A DNA stretch of 64,000 bases from Cetorhinus maximus (taxonomy: Eukaryota): NCBI RefSeq assembly GCF_964194155.1, contig NC_135901.1:24862001-24926000 (forward strand). Reading direction: 5' to 3'. The notes under the pieces are model-generated. The model made no database searches. It had not been told where the DNA came from and was given only the letters and a program-made list of their open reading frames with translations. This document shows, one piece after another, positions 36,454 through 48,979 of this stretch. Numbering within the stretch: position 1 is the stretch's first letter; each line of letters starts with the position of its first letter. Made by a program: the position numbers and the translations under genes.

Positions 36454-36924
36454 GTTCAAAGGCTGATGATATTCCAGTTATGATAAATTGGGCGACTGTC
36501 AGCTCCTGATGTGATGTTTGGCTTGAGGTTCATGACTGAAAGTGATTTAAAACAGAAAAAAGCAAGTGAGAGAGAACCCACAAAAACACAAGGGCAGGTT
36601 GTGAAATGGGGATGAATGAATCTGGTAATTTGTGAGGCCGGCACAAGGAAGAAGTGACCATGAAAACTGCTGGATTGTCATAAAAACCTAACTGCTTCAG
36701 GGAAGGGAACCTGTCACCCAGAGTGGAACTACACAAGACACTGGCCTCAATGGGAGGAGAGAGAGAGAGAGAGAGAGAGAAATAGAGAGAGAGATAGAGA
36801 GAGAGGTGGAACAGGCAGGGGGTCAAAGATAGGGAACAAACCCAGAACCTACTAAAAGGATCAGGGTATCAGGTGTATGTGAACACCATCACCTCCAAGT
36901 TCCCCTCCAAGTCACTCATCGTTC

Positions 36925-37760
36925 TGAACAGAAATTTCCTCCACTTAAGTACCGGGAAGACCAAAGCCTTTGTCTTCAGTCCCCACTACAAACTTCACTC
37001 CTTAGCCACCGACTCCATCCCTCTCCCTGCCAACTGTCTGAGGCTGAACCAGGCTGTTCACAACCATGGCAGAATATTTCACCCCAAGAATATTTCAGCC
37101 ACGAATCCACATTATCACCAAGACCGCCCATTTCCACCTCAGTAACATCGTCCGACTCTGTCCTCATCTCAGCTCATCTGCCGTTGAAACCGTCATCCAT
37201 TCCTTTGTTAACCCTAGACTTAACTATCCTGACACATTCCCCGCTGGCCTCCCACATTCAACCTCCCTGTGACCTTGAGGTCACCCAAAACTCTGCTGCC
37301 TGTGTGTTTAATCATACCAAACCTTGTTCACCCGTCCTCCCTATGCTCACTGACCTACAAAGGCTCCTGTTTAAGAAGCACCAAAGTTTAAAAATTCTCA
37401 TCCTTATTTTCCTCCATGGTTGTATTCTTCCCTATCTCTGTAATCTCCTCCAGACAGACAATCCTCCAAGATCATTGCACTCATCTAATTTCGGCCTCTT
37501 GAGCGTTGCTGATTGGTGGCCGTCCTTTCAGTTGCCTAGGCCCCAAACTCTGGAATTTCACCCTTAAACCTCTCCCCGTTGCTACCTCACTCTCATCCTT
37601 TAAGATAATCCTCAAAACTACCTCTTTGGCCATACACTTGCTGCCCTGCTCCCTCACAACAACTTGTGTGGCTCAGATCAAATGTTTCTTTGCAACATTT
37701 TTGTGAAATGTCTTGGAAAGTTTTATTACGTTAAAGGCACAATATAAATACAAGTTATGA
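36925..37760 (+). mobile_element. L2 LINE 3' fragment
   Basis: HFHLSNIVRLCPHLS..IHSFV..RLNY..QNSAA..LWN motifs. Confidence 0.75.
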
Positions 37761-38150
37761 GAACATAAGAAGTAAGAGGAGTAGGCCATTCGGCCCCTCA
37801 AGTTGTCCAGCCATTCAATAAGATCATGGCTGATCTGTCCCCGGCCTCAACTCCTTATTCATGCCAGCTCTTCATAGCCCTCAACTCCTCAATATTTCAA
37901 AAATCTATCTACCTCCTCTTTAAATCCTTTCAGTGATCTAGCGTCCACAACTCTCTGGGGTAGAGAATTCCAGACATTCACTACCCTCTGAGAGAAGAAA
38001 TTCCTTCGCATCTCAGTTTTAAATGAGTGTCCCCTTATTCTGTAACTATGTCCCCTAGTTCGAGATTCCCCCACTAATGGAAACATCTTCTCAACATCTA
38101 CCCTGACAAGCGCCCTCAGAATCGTTTACGTTTCAGTAAGATCACCCCTC
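37760..38150 (-). mobile_element. CR1 3' fragment
   Basis: MFPLVGESRTRGHSYRIRG..RVVNVWNSLP. Confidence 0.85.
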
Positions 38151-40109
38151 GCTGACTTGGACATATATCTCTGCACCTTCGTCATTGCTGGGTCAAAATC
38201 CTGTAACTCCTCACCTAACAGCTTCATGAGATCACCTTCACCACACGGACTGCAGAGGTAAGAAGGTCAAACATCATCTTCGCTATGAGCAACTGGGCAT
38301 TGGCAATATATGCTGCTGGTCTTGTTAGCGGCATCCAGATCCCGACTAAATTTTTTAAGTATGTATATGTTCAAAAACAATACCCTTTTATATTGTATGG
38401 ACAGTGTTCATTTAATAACCTGATCTCCCCTAGTATCTACCTCCCTTGATAATTTCAGTTTGAAATTGCTGGGTCCAACTGAGTTCCAAAGTCCTCAGGG
38501 TTAAATCGAGCAGCTTCTCCTCCATCTCCCCTCCAGCCCAAACTGATGCAAATAAGACTTTAAAAAGGGAATTGGATAAAAATCTAAGGAGAAAAAAAAT
38601 TGCTGGGCTATGAAGAAAGGACAGGGGAGTGGGACTAGCTGATCTGTCTTTGCAGAGAACCAGAACAGGCACAAAGGATCAAATGGCCTCTGCCTGTATT
38701 GTAATCATTGAATGATTCTCCGATTCTATTAAAAAGGACCAACACTGGAGGCTGAGAACCAACTTCTGAACCAATGCCTACCTGGCAACAAGCCGGCTCA
38801 TAATGTGTGTTTGTAGACTCGGTTATGTGAGCAATGCTTGCAATAAAAGGAACACAAAATACTGAAGCTGCTGGAAATCTGAAATAAAAAGAACAAATGC
38901 TGGAAATACTTAGTAGATCAGGCAGTATCTTGAGAAAGCAAAATAGTTCATGTTTCAGGTTGTGCAGAATGAATAATGGGGAATAAAAATGATGTAGAAT
39001 TTGGTGGTCAATATAAGCTTGGAAACGGAAGAGAAATGGGCTATGGCACAAGAAAAAGAATTCCTCACTATGAAAAGTATTGTAGGAAGATAAAGCTGGT
39101 AAGCAAAATATAAAATACCAAATAGAGCTAAAATACACCCAATACAGGAGGCAGAGAATGTTAGAGAACGGGAGAGAGGTGAAACAGAGCAATATATGGA
39201 TTCAGGTCCACAGAACAGGAGCTGCACAGCCCTAGAGCCATGAAACTTTCACAGATAACAAAGCATAGCACTAAGAATTCTAAATGGTAGCTGAAAGGTC
39301 AAAAATACTCACCTCTGAAATAATTTCACTGTTTTCAATATTAAAATCTCCTGCTGGAGCCTGCAGCTGGAAAGATATCAGAAGCACTGGAGTCAGAGAA
39401 AAATCTCCCAGTTGAGGAAAGACCCGGGGAGTGGGGTGATGTCACCGAGCAATTGTCAGCATGTGATGACATCACAGACACGAACACAGAACATCTGGGT
39501 CTGTGCAAACCAGTGATCACCACACATTATGAAGGATGTGAGGGTCCTTGAGAGGGTGCAGAGGAGATTTACCAGAATGGTTCCAGGGGTGTGAATTTTA
39601 TTTGTAATGTTAGGTTGGAGGAACTGGGGCTGTTCTCCTTGGAGCAAAGGAGATTGAGAGGAGATTTGATAGAGGTGTACAAGTTTATAATAGGCTTAGG
39701 TAAGATAGATAAAGAAAATCTGTTCCATTTATATGATTGTGAAAAGGTTACTCGCCATAGATTTAAGGCTTTGGGCAAGATTTACAGGGGAGATGAGAGG
39801 AAGAAATTTTACACAGCGAGTGGTAATGACCTGGGATTCAATACTTACACTCAAAGACTGATAATGTCCAGGTCCTGATGAATTGCTGATTCTGTCAGAT
39901 GTTGGTGTGATATTTGGTTTGAGTTTCCTGTCTGAAAATTTTCTTCTAATACTCTGTGAAAAAAGTTCACAAAGCCATCACTGTCAGTCCAGGATAGAAA
40001 AGTATTTCTCTTGATTTGAGTTTGCTGTGTGTAAATCCTCCCCTTCTAACCCTCTGTAAAAGGAGTTTCCAAAATCCATCCCTTTCAGTCCAGGATAGAA
40101 ATTCACAAC

Positions 40110-40913
40110 ATTCTCCCCTCCTGCCATCTGGCCCAGGATGACCGCGCATGCGCCCTGCTGCCTATTGCCTCTCATCGTCATCAGCAGTTCATCGATTCAA
40201 GGATGACGTTTACTCAGGGTCGTGAGTTTCTGCCGTGGGTTTTCATGTGATTAAACAGAGGCACAGAACTTTGGACACATTGGGTAGGATGTTCCATGAG
40301 GTATTGGGATTAGGGGAGGAGGATGTGCTTCATTTCCTTTCTTTCTCTGCCTCCTCAATAAGACATTGGGACTCAAAGGCTAATGCAGCTTGATGGACAA
40401 GTTATCACCATTCTGAACTATGGGTAACAAGCTCCTCCCAGTCAGTAAAACATTGCCCCCTACAAAGATGGCGGCCGCGCACGCGCCTCCTGCAGATGAC
40501 CCTCAATAAAGATGGCGGCGGTTAACCTGCCCGATCACTGGAAGCTGCGACCCCACTCGGTACAAACGGTGGAACGGTAAGTTTTTTTTCGGAGTTCGCG
40601 GTTTACACAACATGTTTACGAAGCCTCCCCGCCCATCGGATCCATCAATCCCTCTGCCCCGCCATTCCCCGCCCCCGTTTACCTATTGCGGATCCAAAAA
40701 AGAAGCGTCTCTCACTCTCGCCATTACCTTCACTGCGCATGCTTCAGTCACAAGACCAGCCCTGCCCCCTCATTCACTCCGATTCGTTGGAGGACCAGCC
40801 GCTCCATCTCGGTCCTCCTGTCCCGCCCCTGGTTCCTATCGGTCCCGAGCTGCAGTCAATCACCCGGGCATTGTGACGGTTTCAAACGCTGAGAACGGCC
40901 ACAGACTCAGCCT
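40110..40913 (-). promoter_or_regulatory. promoter region, probably for ZNF 35416-36453
   Basis: GCGCATGCGC (~40144), two AAGATGGCGGC YY1-like sites (~40465, ~40509), ACTGCGCATGC (~40732); paralog of 60-420. Confidence 0.6.
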
Positions 40914-41520
40914 AAAAGCAAAATACTGCGGATGCTGGAAATACAAAAGAAAAACAGAAACAGAAATACCTGGAAAAACTCAGCAGGTCTGGCAGCATCG
41001 GCGGAGGAGATCACAGTTTAAGTTTCGAGTCCTCATGACCCTTCAACAGAACTAAATAAAAATAGGAAAGGGGCGAAATATAAGCTGGTTTGTAGGGGGC
41101 GGGGGGGGTTGTTGAGACAAGCAGCCAGTAATAGGTGGAGATAACCAAAAGATGTCACAGACAAAAGGACAAAGAGATGTTGAAGGTGGTGATATTATCT
41201 AAAGGAATGTGCTAATTAAGAGTAGAAAGCAGGACAGACAAGGTACAGATAGCTGTAGTGGGGATGGGGGAATACTAAAAGGGCTAAAAGGTAGAGATAA
41301 ACAATGGGTGGAAAAACATTTAAAAACAATGGAAATAGGTGGGAAAAGAAAAATCTATATAAATTATTGGAAAAAACAAAAAGGAGGGGGAAGCAACAGA
41401 AAGGGGGTGGGGATGGAGGAGAGAGTTCAAGATCTAAAATTGTTGAACTCAATATTCAGTCTGGAAGGCTGTAAAGTGCCTAGTCGGAAGATGAGGTGCT
41501 GTTCCTCCAGTTTGCATTTT
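40914..41520 (-). mobile_element. Penelope-like 3' end (GIY-YIG tail + pLTR with hammerhead motif at 41015-41053)
   Basis: Absent from the paralogous empty site at 411-430 (ACAGACTCAGCCT|GACTTGCTGA); minus strand AGTT-CTGTTGA-AGGGTC-ATGAG-GACTC-GAAAC-TTA-AACT. Confidence 0.8.
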
Positions 41521-41609
41521 GACTTGCTGATCCTTGGCAGCATTTTCTGTTTGGGAATTAGAGCTAGAGATGGATGGTCAGTTCCCCTCTCTCTGGGGGA
41601 TTCACACTC

Positions 41610-41676
41610 ATTTCCCCAGTGCAGTGATTATCACGTTTACTTTACATGAGGAAAGTCCCCGGTTCAATCCCGGCTC
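41610..41676 (+). pseudogene. second tRNA-Val-like pseudogene copy, 3' end interrupted
   Basis: ATTTCCCCAGTGCAGTGATTATCACGTTTACTTTACATGAGGAAAGTCCCCGGTTCAATCCCGGCT, then a pLTR-like insertion 41677-41810. Confidence 0.65.
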
Positions 41677-43819
41677 AGAAGAAGAGTCATACGGACTTGA
41701 AATGTAAACTCTGTTTCTCTCCCCACAGATGCTGTTAGACCTGCTGAGTTTTTCTTTCATTTTCTGTTTTTGTTTCAGATTTCCAGCATCCGCAGTATTT
41801 TGCTTTTATCAATCCCTTGAAGCTTTGTGTTTAACATTGTTGCTGATGAGGAATTAACAATGAGTTTAGTTTCATGTCGAACAGGGTGACAGTTACTGTT
41901 GTCTCATTCCTTAAACATTCCTTCTTCACCTTGAAACAGGTAACGGAGTGAGAGTAAACTGATCCACAGTGACCCAAAAACAAGATACTGCAGGCGCCGG
42001 AAATCTGACCTCAAAACAGAAAATATTGGAAACACTCAGCAAACAACATCTATGGAGAGGGAAACAGAGTGAATTTTTCAGGTCACTGAATTTTTATCCA
42101 AACTGGAAGAACTATGTTCCTATGTTTACCAACAGGTACAGAGTCGGGGATAAGAGAAGCATAGAGCAGGAAAGAAAAACGGTCTTGTGAAAGGATGGAA
42201 GGTTGGAGATTAAATGACAAAGGGGATGATGGTGCAAGGCAAAATTGGGTGATAACGATACAAGTAGACAAACCAATGGAACAAGTAAACAAATAAAAGA
42301 CAAGTCCAGAGGAGGTACAAATCGTAACAACAGAACCAGTAGCAGCAGCTACTGTGCGGGAAAAAAAGGGAGTGGTTATGATCTGAAATTGTTGAAATGA
42401 ATGTTGAGTCCAGAAGGTCATGAAGTGGCCAATCAATAACGAGGTGCTGTTCCTCGAGTTTCCTTTGAGGTTTATTAGAAGAGTGTGGGAGGCTGAGGGC
42501 AGAGGTCAGACCTGAAGTGAGGTGAGAATTAAAATAGTAAATGACCGGAAGCTCACAGACTGGTGATATTCCACAAAGCAATCACCCAATCCAGATTTAG
42601 TCTCCTCAGTGTAGAGGAGACCGCATAATGAGCAGGTAACACAATACTAAATTGCAAGAAGATACAGGAAATCACTGTACCACTTGGAAAGTGTGTTTGC
42701 GGCCCTGGAATGTAAGAAGGGGAGGTGAAAGTGCGGGTGTTGCATCTGCTGTGTTTGCATAGAAATGATTCACACTGATGTTCATAAGAGCACAAGAAAT
42801 AGGAGCAGGTGTAGACCATACGGTTCTTGAGCTTCTGAAGCATTAAATGACTTTCCACCTGAACCCCACTTTCCCACTCTATCCCCAAATCTATTGATTC
42901 CCCGAGTATCCAAATCTTCATGAATTTGCATCTTGAATATACTCAAGATGGAGAGTGATAGATTCAATTCATTTTTAATCTTGAAAATGTATAGAGAGGG
43001 TGCACATGAATCGCAAGTGCTCCCTGTCACTGCTTGGCAATCACATTAACTGAACTTTCATCTGGCTTCTATCACCCCACTGAAATCCTGTCTTTCTCTG
43101 ACATGTTATTCTTTATGTCATAACTGATGGATTAAGAGTTAAACAGCCCACCATCCCATTGTAAGGGGAAGAGACAACTTTGTAAATGCTCCATAATGTT
43201 ACAGACTGGCACGTTGGTATATTCTTATATTCAGCTAATGATTAAAATGCTACAACATACAGGCATTTGGGGACAATAGTGAGTTTGCTGCTCAGATTAG
43301 CTTCATATATAAAATGGACCTGGAAGAACTGGAGAAGATGCAAGAAAAAAAATACTCGAATGATGGCAGAACTGGCAGGTTACACCCAACAAGAAAGATT
43401 GGACAGGCTGTAAATGTTTTCTCTGGAAAAGAGAATGAAGGATGACCTGAACATTTAAGATTATGAAAAGGTTTGACAGGGTAGACAAGTGAAATATGTT
43501 TCCAGTTGCAGACAGATGAGAATAAATATCAATTTGTCACTGTACAGTTCTAGAGCAACCAGAGATAAAAACAGAAAATGCTGGAAATGCTCATGATATC
43601 TGTGGAAGGAGAAAGGGAGTTAATATTTCAGGTCTGTGCAGTTCTGATGAAAGCTCATAGGCCTGAAATGTGTTTCTCTCTCTCCACAGATGCTATCAGA
43701 TCTATGGAGTATTTCCAGAATTTTTGAATGTTAATTCAAATCTGATGCATCCACAGTATTTTGCTTTTCTTTAACTGGAGAGTGCTGAGAACGTGGAATT
43801 CATTACCAGGGGCATTTGA

Positions 43820-44190
43820 GATTCCCTTCTGAGCTGGAAACTCATAGGTGAAATCCCCCCGTGAAAAGATACTTTGCCAGATGAATGTGGAAATGGATTC
43901 ACTCAGTCATCCCATTTACTGACACAACAGCAGAGTCACACCAGAGGGAGACCACTCAGACACTTCCCGTGTCTGAAGGGATTTGCTCAGTTGAGCCAAT
44001 GGTTAATATTCTAGCTTTAAAAGCTAAAAGCACTTGATCCACTGTCAGTGCTTTCATGTTGGTGAGGGGCAGTTTAACTATTCTGTATATGGGGAAAAAG
44101 CACTTTTACACTCCACCTTCTGATACCCCGGTGAGTTCACACCTAACTGTAGGTGTTCGTTCTGCTTTTAATCGCACCCAGTACAAAACT
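43820..44190 (+). pseudogene. highly decayed ZNF remnant
   Basis: CCTTCTGAGCTGGAAACTCAT and GGATTCACTCAGTCATCCCAT finger fragments. Confidence 0.55.
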
Positions 44191-44379
44191 ATGTTAGAGG
44201 CCTGTGGTCTTTAGTTGCTGCATCAATTAATTTAATAAATTGGTATCGTGGCCCAATGTCTCCAATCGTAATCGAATCGCACAACTTTATGTTCCATCAA
44301 CAACTATCGACTTTCAATGGCGAGGATCTTACCCAGCATTCGCTGCGATTATGAATGTGCTCTATCCTCATTACAGGGG

Positions 44380-44650
44380 CTCTTCGCGCAAGCGCACTGC
44401 TCCGTTGCGACCCGAGCATGCGCAGTGTGGGCTGTCACTGGAGCTGCAAGGAACGAATAGGATAAAAACAAAAAGCTAAAAGCTACTGCGGATGCTGGAA
44501 ATCCAAAACAAAAACAGAATTACCTGGAAAAACTCAGCAGGTCTGGCAGCATCGGTGGAGAAGAAAAATAGGAAGTGATCGTGTGCATTTGAGTAATGGA
44601 GCCGGTGGCTGGGTGAGGAGGATTAGAACCATCGAAGTGGGCGGGGATGC
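44380..44650 (+). promoter_or_regulatory. promoter/first exon of ZNF 47364
   Basis: GCGCAAGCGCA and GCATGCGCAG (NRF1-like), GGAAGTG, donor TGG|GTGAGG at ~44613. Confidence 0.5.
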
Positions 44651-45529
44651 TTCATAAGTACTCAGTGTAGGCCTGAATTCCGAAATAAAAACTTATCGAT
44701 CCCGCCTTGGCACCGAACGGAGTATAAGCAATGGGACTCCTCCCTCTCGTAGGCATGGTTTGCCGGCCGCCATCTCCAGCTGAGGTCTAACTAGTGTCTT
44801 ATATAAGTTCAGCATAACCTCCTTGGAGTCTCCAGGAATTGAAGATGAATCCCCAGGACACTGCCGTGTGCAACCCTGGAGAAAAATCATCAGGACATTA
44901 CAAAATATATATTTTTGTAATTTTCTTTGAACATTTCTCTTTACCAGATATAATAATATAGAAAATGGGATAAAGGCTGTTTGGCTGACAGTCAATCATC
45001 ATCCAATTGGATAATGAGACTTTTTGATTTCCAATTGGTGTCAGAAGGCACTTTGTTAAGGATGGATGTGTGGGAGCAGATCATGTGATTAAACCTCCAG
45101 GGATACATTTAATCAGAGTTGTAACCCTAGAGGAGAGAATGCTGTGAATTTCTATCCTGGACTGACGGTGATTATTTCTGTAAACTTACAGGGTACTGGA
45201 AGTGAAGGATTGACAAACAGGAAACTCAAACCAAACATCACATCAAAATCTGACAGAGTCACTCTTGTCATCAGAACCTGAATATCAGCAGCATCTGAAT
45301 GTGGAAGGTAAAAGGTTTGTCTGTTCTCTCTGTGGGAGAAGATGTCAGGTATCAATGTGACTGGAAAAGCACTGAGACACACAAACCCTGGTTAGAGCAC
45401 ACCTGGAGAATTATGTTCAGTTCTGGGCAACAAACAACAGGAAGGATAGAATGGCCTTGGACGGAGTGACATTTACCTGAGTGATATCTGAACTCCATGG
45501 TTTAAAGTACAAGTGAGATTACACAAAAG

Positions 45530-46240
45530 AGTCATAGAGTTATTATGGCACAGAGGAGGCCATTAGGCCCATTGAGTCCATGCCAGCTCTCTACTGCAAT
45601 CCAGTCAGTCCCATTCCCCTGTTCTATCCCTGTATCCTTGCAGGTTTATTTCCCTCAAGTGCCTATCCAATTTCCTTTTGAGATCATTCATCATGTCCAT
45701 TTCCACCACCCTCATAGGCAACAAGTTCCAGCTCATTACACTCACTGTGTAAAAATGTTTTCCCTCAGAAGCCCCTCAATCTCTTACCCAAATCCTTAAA
45801 TCTGTGTCCATGAGTTCTTAAGCGATCAGCTGATGGGAATAGCCTTTCTTTTTCTACCTTATCTAAACCTGTCATAATCTTGTACACCTCTATCAATCTC
45901 CCCTCAACCTCCTTTGCAGGAACCATTCTGGTAAATCTCCTCTGCACTTTTCTCAATGACCTTCACATCCTTCCTAAAGTGAGGTGACCAGAACTGGATG
46001 CAATTCTCGAATTGTGGCCTAACCAGAGCTTTATAAAGATTCAGCATAACTTCCCTGTTTGTGTACTCAACGCCACTATTCATGTAGCTCGAGATCCAAT
46101 TTATTTTAACCAGCTACTCTCTTAATATGTCCTGTCACCTTCAAAGATCTCTGCACATGAACCCGCAGGTCCCTCTGTCCCTGCTCACTCTTTAGAACTG
46201 TGCCTTTCATTATATATTGACTCTTTCTATCCATTCTGCT
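45530..46240 (-). mobile_element. CR1 3' fragment
   Basis: [22 protein letters not shown] and tail. Confidence 0.8.
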
Positions 46241-47363
46241 AAAATACACCACTCACTGTGAGGATTGTGATCCCTGAATTTAGAAGATTAAGAGGTGATT
46301 TGATCAAAGTTTTCAGTATATTAATTGTAACTGTCAGGGTGGATAGAGAGGAACTATTTCCACTGGTTGGGGAATCTAGGACGAGTGAGCAGAGTCTAAA
46401 CATAGAATCAGGTTCCAGCACCTTTTCAGTTAGAGAGTTCCCGATCCTGACAATCCTGATCCTGTTGGTGCAGAAACTGCTGAACTCGATATTGAGTCTG
46501 GAAGGCTATAAAGTGCCAAATCGAAAGATGAGCTGCTGTTCCTCAAGCTCCCACTGAGCTTCATTGGAACAGTTCAGGAGGCCAAGGACAGAGAGGTCAG
46601 AGTGGGAGTGCGGCGGAGAATTAAAATGACAAATGATCAGAAGCTCAGGGTCAAGGTCACAGACAAAATGGAGGTTGTTCCAAAAAGTGATCACCCTCAT
46701 TGTCGAGCAGATCACTTTGTGAGCAGTGAAGACAATAACTAAATTGCAAGATGTACAAGCAAATTTCTGTTTGGTTTCGTCTTGCAAAACCTTGAGAATA
46801 GCCCAAAGAAAGATACTTTCTTTTAAGGATAAAGGTTACAAAACAAAGCCTCTTCCCAGTGTGAACTTGCTGGTGTGTTTTGGACGTGATGGTTTTCCCA
46901 TGCACCAGCTGCTCTTGCTCTTCTAGCAGATGGGGTGCTGGGTTTGGGACATGATGTCAAAATTCTCATGTATCAAGTCCATCTCCGTTGCCCCCTCCTC
47001 CACCTCTCTCTCTTTCTCCTCCCATAGAGGCCAGGCTCTTGTGTAGCTCCAGCCCGGGTAGCAGGTTCCGTTCCCCGAAGGACATTAGTGAACCAGTTGG
47101 GTTTTTATGACAATCCAGCAGTTTTCATGGTCACTTTTCCCTGGTGCCGGCCCCACAAATGACCAGATTCATTCAGTTCAATTTCACAACCTGCCTTTGT
47201 GTTTTTGTGGGTTCTCTCTCACTCCCTTTTATCTGTTTTAAATCAATTTCACAGGGTATTAGAAGGGGAGGATTTGCAGTCGGGAAACTGAAACCAAACA
47301 TCACATCAGAATCTGATGGAGTCTCTCAATTTATCAGGACAGGAATGTCATCAGCCTTGGAAC

Positions 47364-48250
47364 ATGGAAGGAAAAAGCACCGTTCACACTGGTGAGAAAC
47401 CCTATAAATGTGGGGACTGTGGGAAGGGGTTCAATTACTCGTCTCAGTTGGAAATTCATCGGCGCAGTCACACTGGGGAGCGGCCGTTTACCTGCTCTGA
47501 GTGTGGGAAGGGATTCACTCAGTCATCCAACCTGCTGCAACACCAACAAGTTCACACTGGGGAGAAGCCGTTCAGGTGCTCTCACTGCGGGATTGGCTTC
47601 AGACGATCGGGTGACCTCACCACACACCAACGAGTTCACACCAGGGAGAGGTTGTTCACCTGCTCCGTGTGTGGGCAGGGATTCAATCATTTTTCTGTCC
47701 TGTGGACACACCGAGTTCACACTGATGAGGGAGAGTTTAAATGCTGTAACTGTGAAAAGAGCTTTAAAAGCCCACGTTCACTGATGGAACACCAGTGCAT
47801 TCACACCAGTTCCACGCCGTCCAGCTGCTCTGAGTGTGGGAAGAGGTTCAGGGGATTCTCCACCCTGCTGAAACACCAATGCACTCACATCGGGGAGAAG
47901 CTGTTCAGCTGCTCCGAGTGTGGGAAGGGATTCACTCGGTCATCCAATCTGTTGAGGCATTGGCATGTTCACTCAGACGAGAGACCTTTTAAATGTCCAG
48001 ACGTGGGAAGTGCTTTAAAAGGTCTGAGAAACTGACATCCCATCAACGTGTTCACACTGACGAGAGACCGTTCACGTGCTCTCACTGCAGGACGGGGTTC
48101 AGGCAAGCAGGCGACCTCACTGCACACCAGCGAGTTCACACTGGGGAGAGACCGTTCACCTGCTCGGAGTGTGGGAAGGGATTCACTCGTTTATCTCATC
48201 TCACTACACATCACCTTGTTCACACAATCATCAGCGAATTCACAAGTGAT
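47364..48250 (+). pseudogene. C2H2 zinc-finger gene, frameshift at ~48001 (possibly a truncated CDS 47364-48035)
   Basis: [16 protein letters not shown].. about 7 fingers, then CCA GAC GTG GGA (1-nt deletion); remaining fingers in ORF 47993-48319. Confidence 0.8.
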
Positions 48251-48979
48251 TACAGGGGTTGGATTCTGCTGTTGTTGCTGCTGTTAATCACACCATGGAC
48301 TAAACCATATCCATTCTGACAGTTGGGGTTGATCTCTAATGTCAGTTGCCCAGTTTAGACTTAGCGTGTACCTGCACCGTCTCTCAATCATGTGTGAATA
48401 AACCATCATGTCTGCAAACCTCGTTTTCAATGTAAATCACTCAAAAACTGTCTTGAACTAAAGATGAACAATAAACAGATCATAGTGCAATCCTGCAGGT
48501 CAATATTGACCGGAGAAAGTCTGTTCTGTAACTCGAGGATGAGGCTCGGTAAGCTCTGAATGTTTGTAATCACAAGTAGGCTCGAGCTGTTTGTGAGACG
48601 GGCTGATCAAAGCTGTTAATTTGTCACATATTGAATTACTCTGAAAATAAACTCACCAATTGATAACCTCAGACTCTGCTCCCTGCTGTAATTAATACTC
48701 AGCATCCATTCGTGCTGATTTGCAGTGAATCACTGAATATCTTGTGGAATCTTTGTTCCTTGTTTTGTGAAATAGCTCTCCCTATTAGTGCTGAACTGCT
48801 GGATAACTCTGATTACATTTAGACACGTCTAGAAAGGGTCTGTGTGCCCACATTTCACTGTGATTTGAAAACAATAAACAATGTTCATGGCTTGACTTGT
48901 AGTCTGGTATCCGGGTGATTTGTGAAGAAAGATTTAATTCACTCACTCAGCAACTTGAGGGGAACCAGACTGAGGTTTA

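Noticed and set aside
48835-48900. Possible 12-RSS (AGGGTCTGT-12-CACTGTG) and J segment
   Set aside because: Nonamer matches only 5/9 and no FGxG motif follows.
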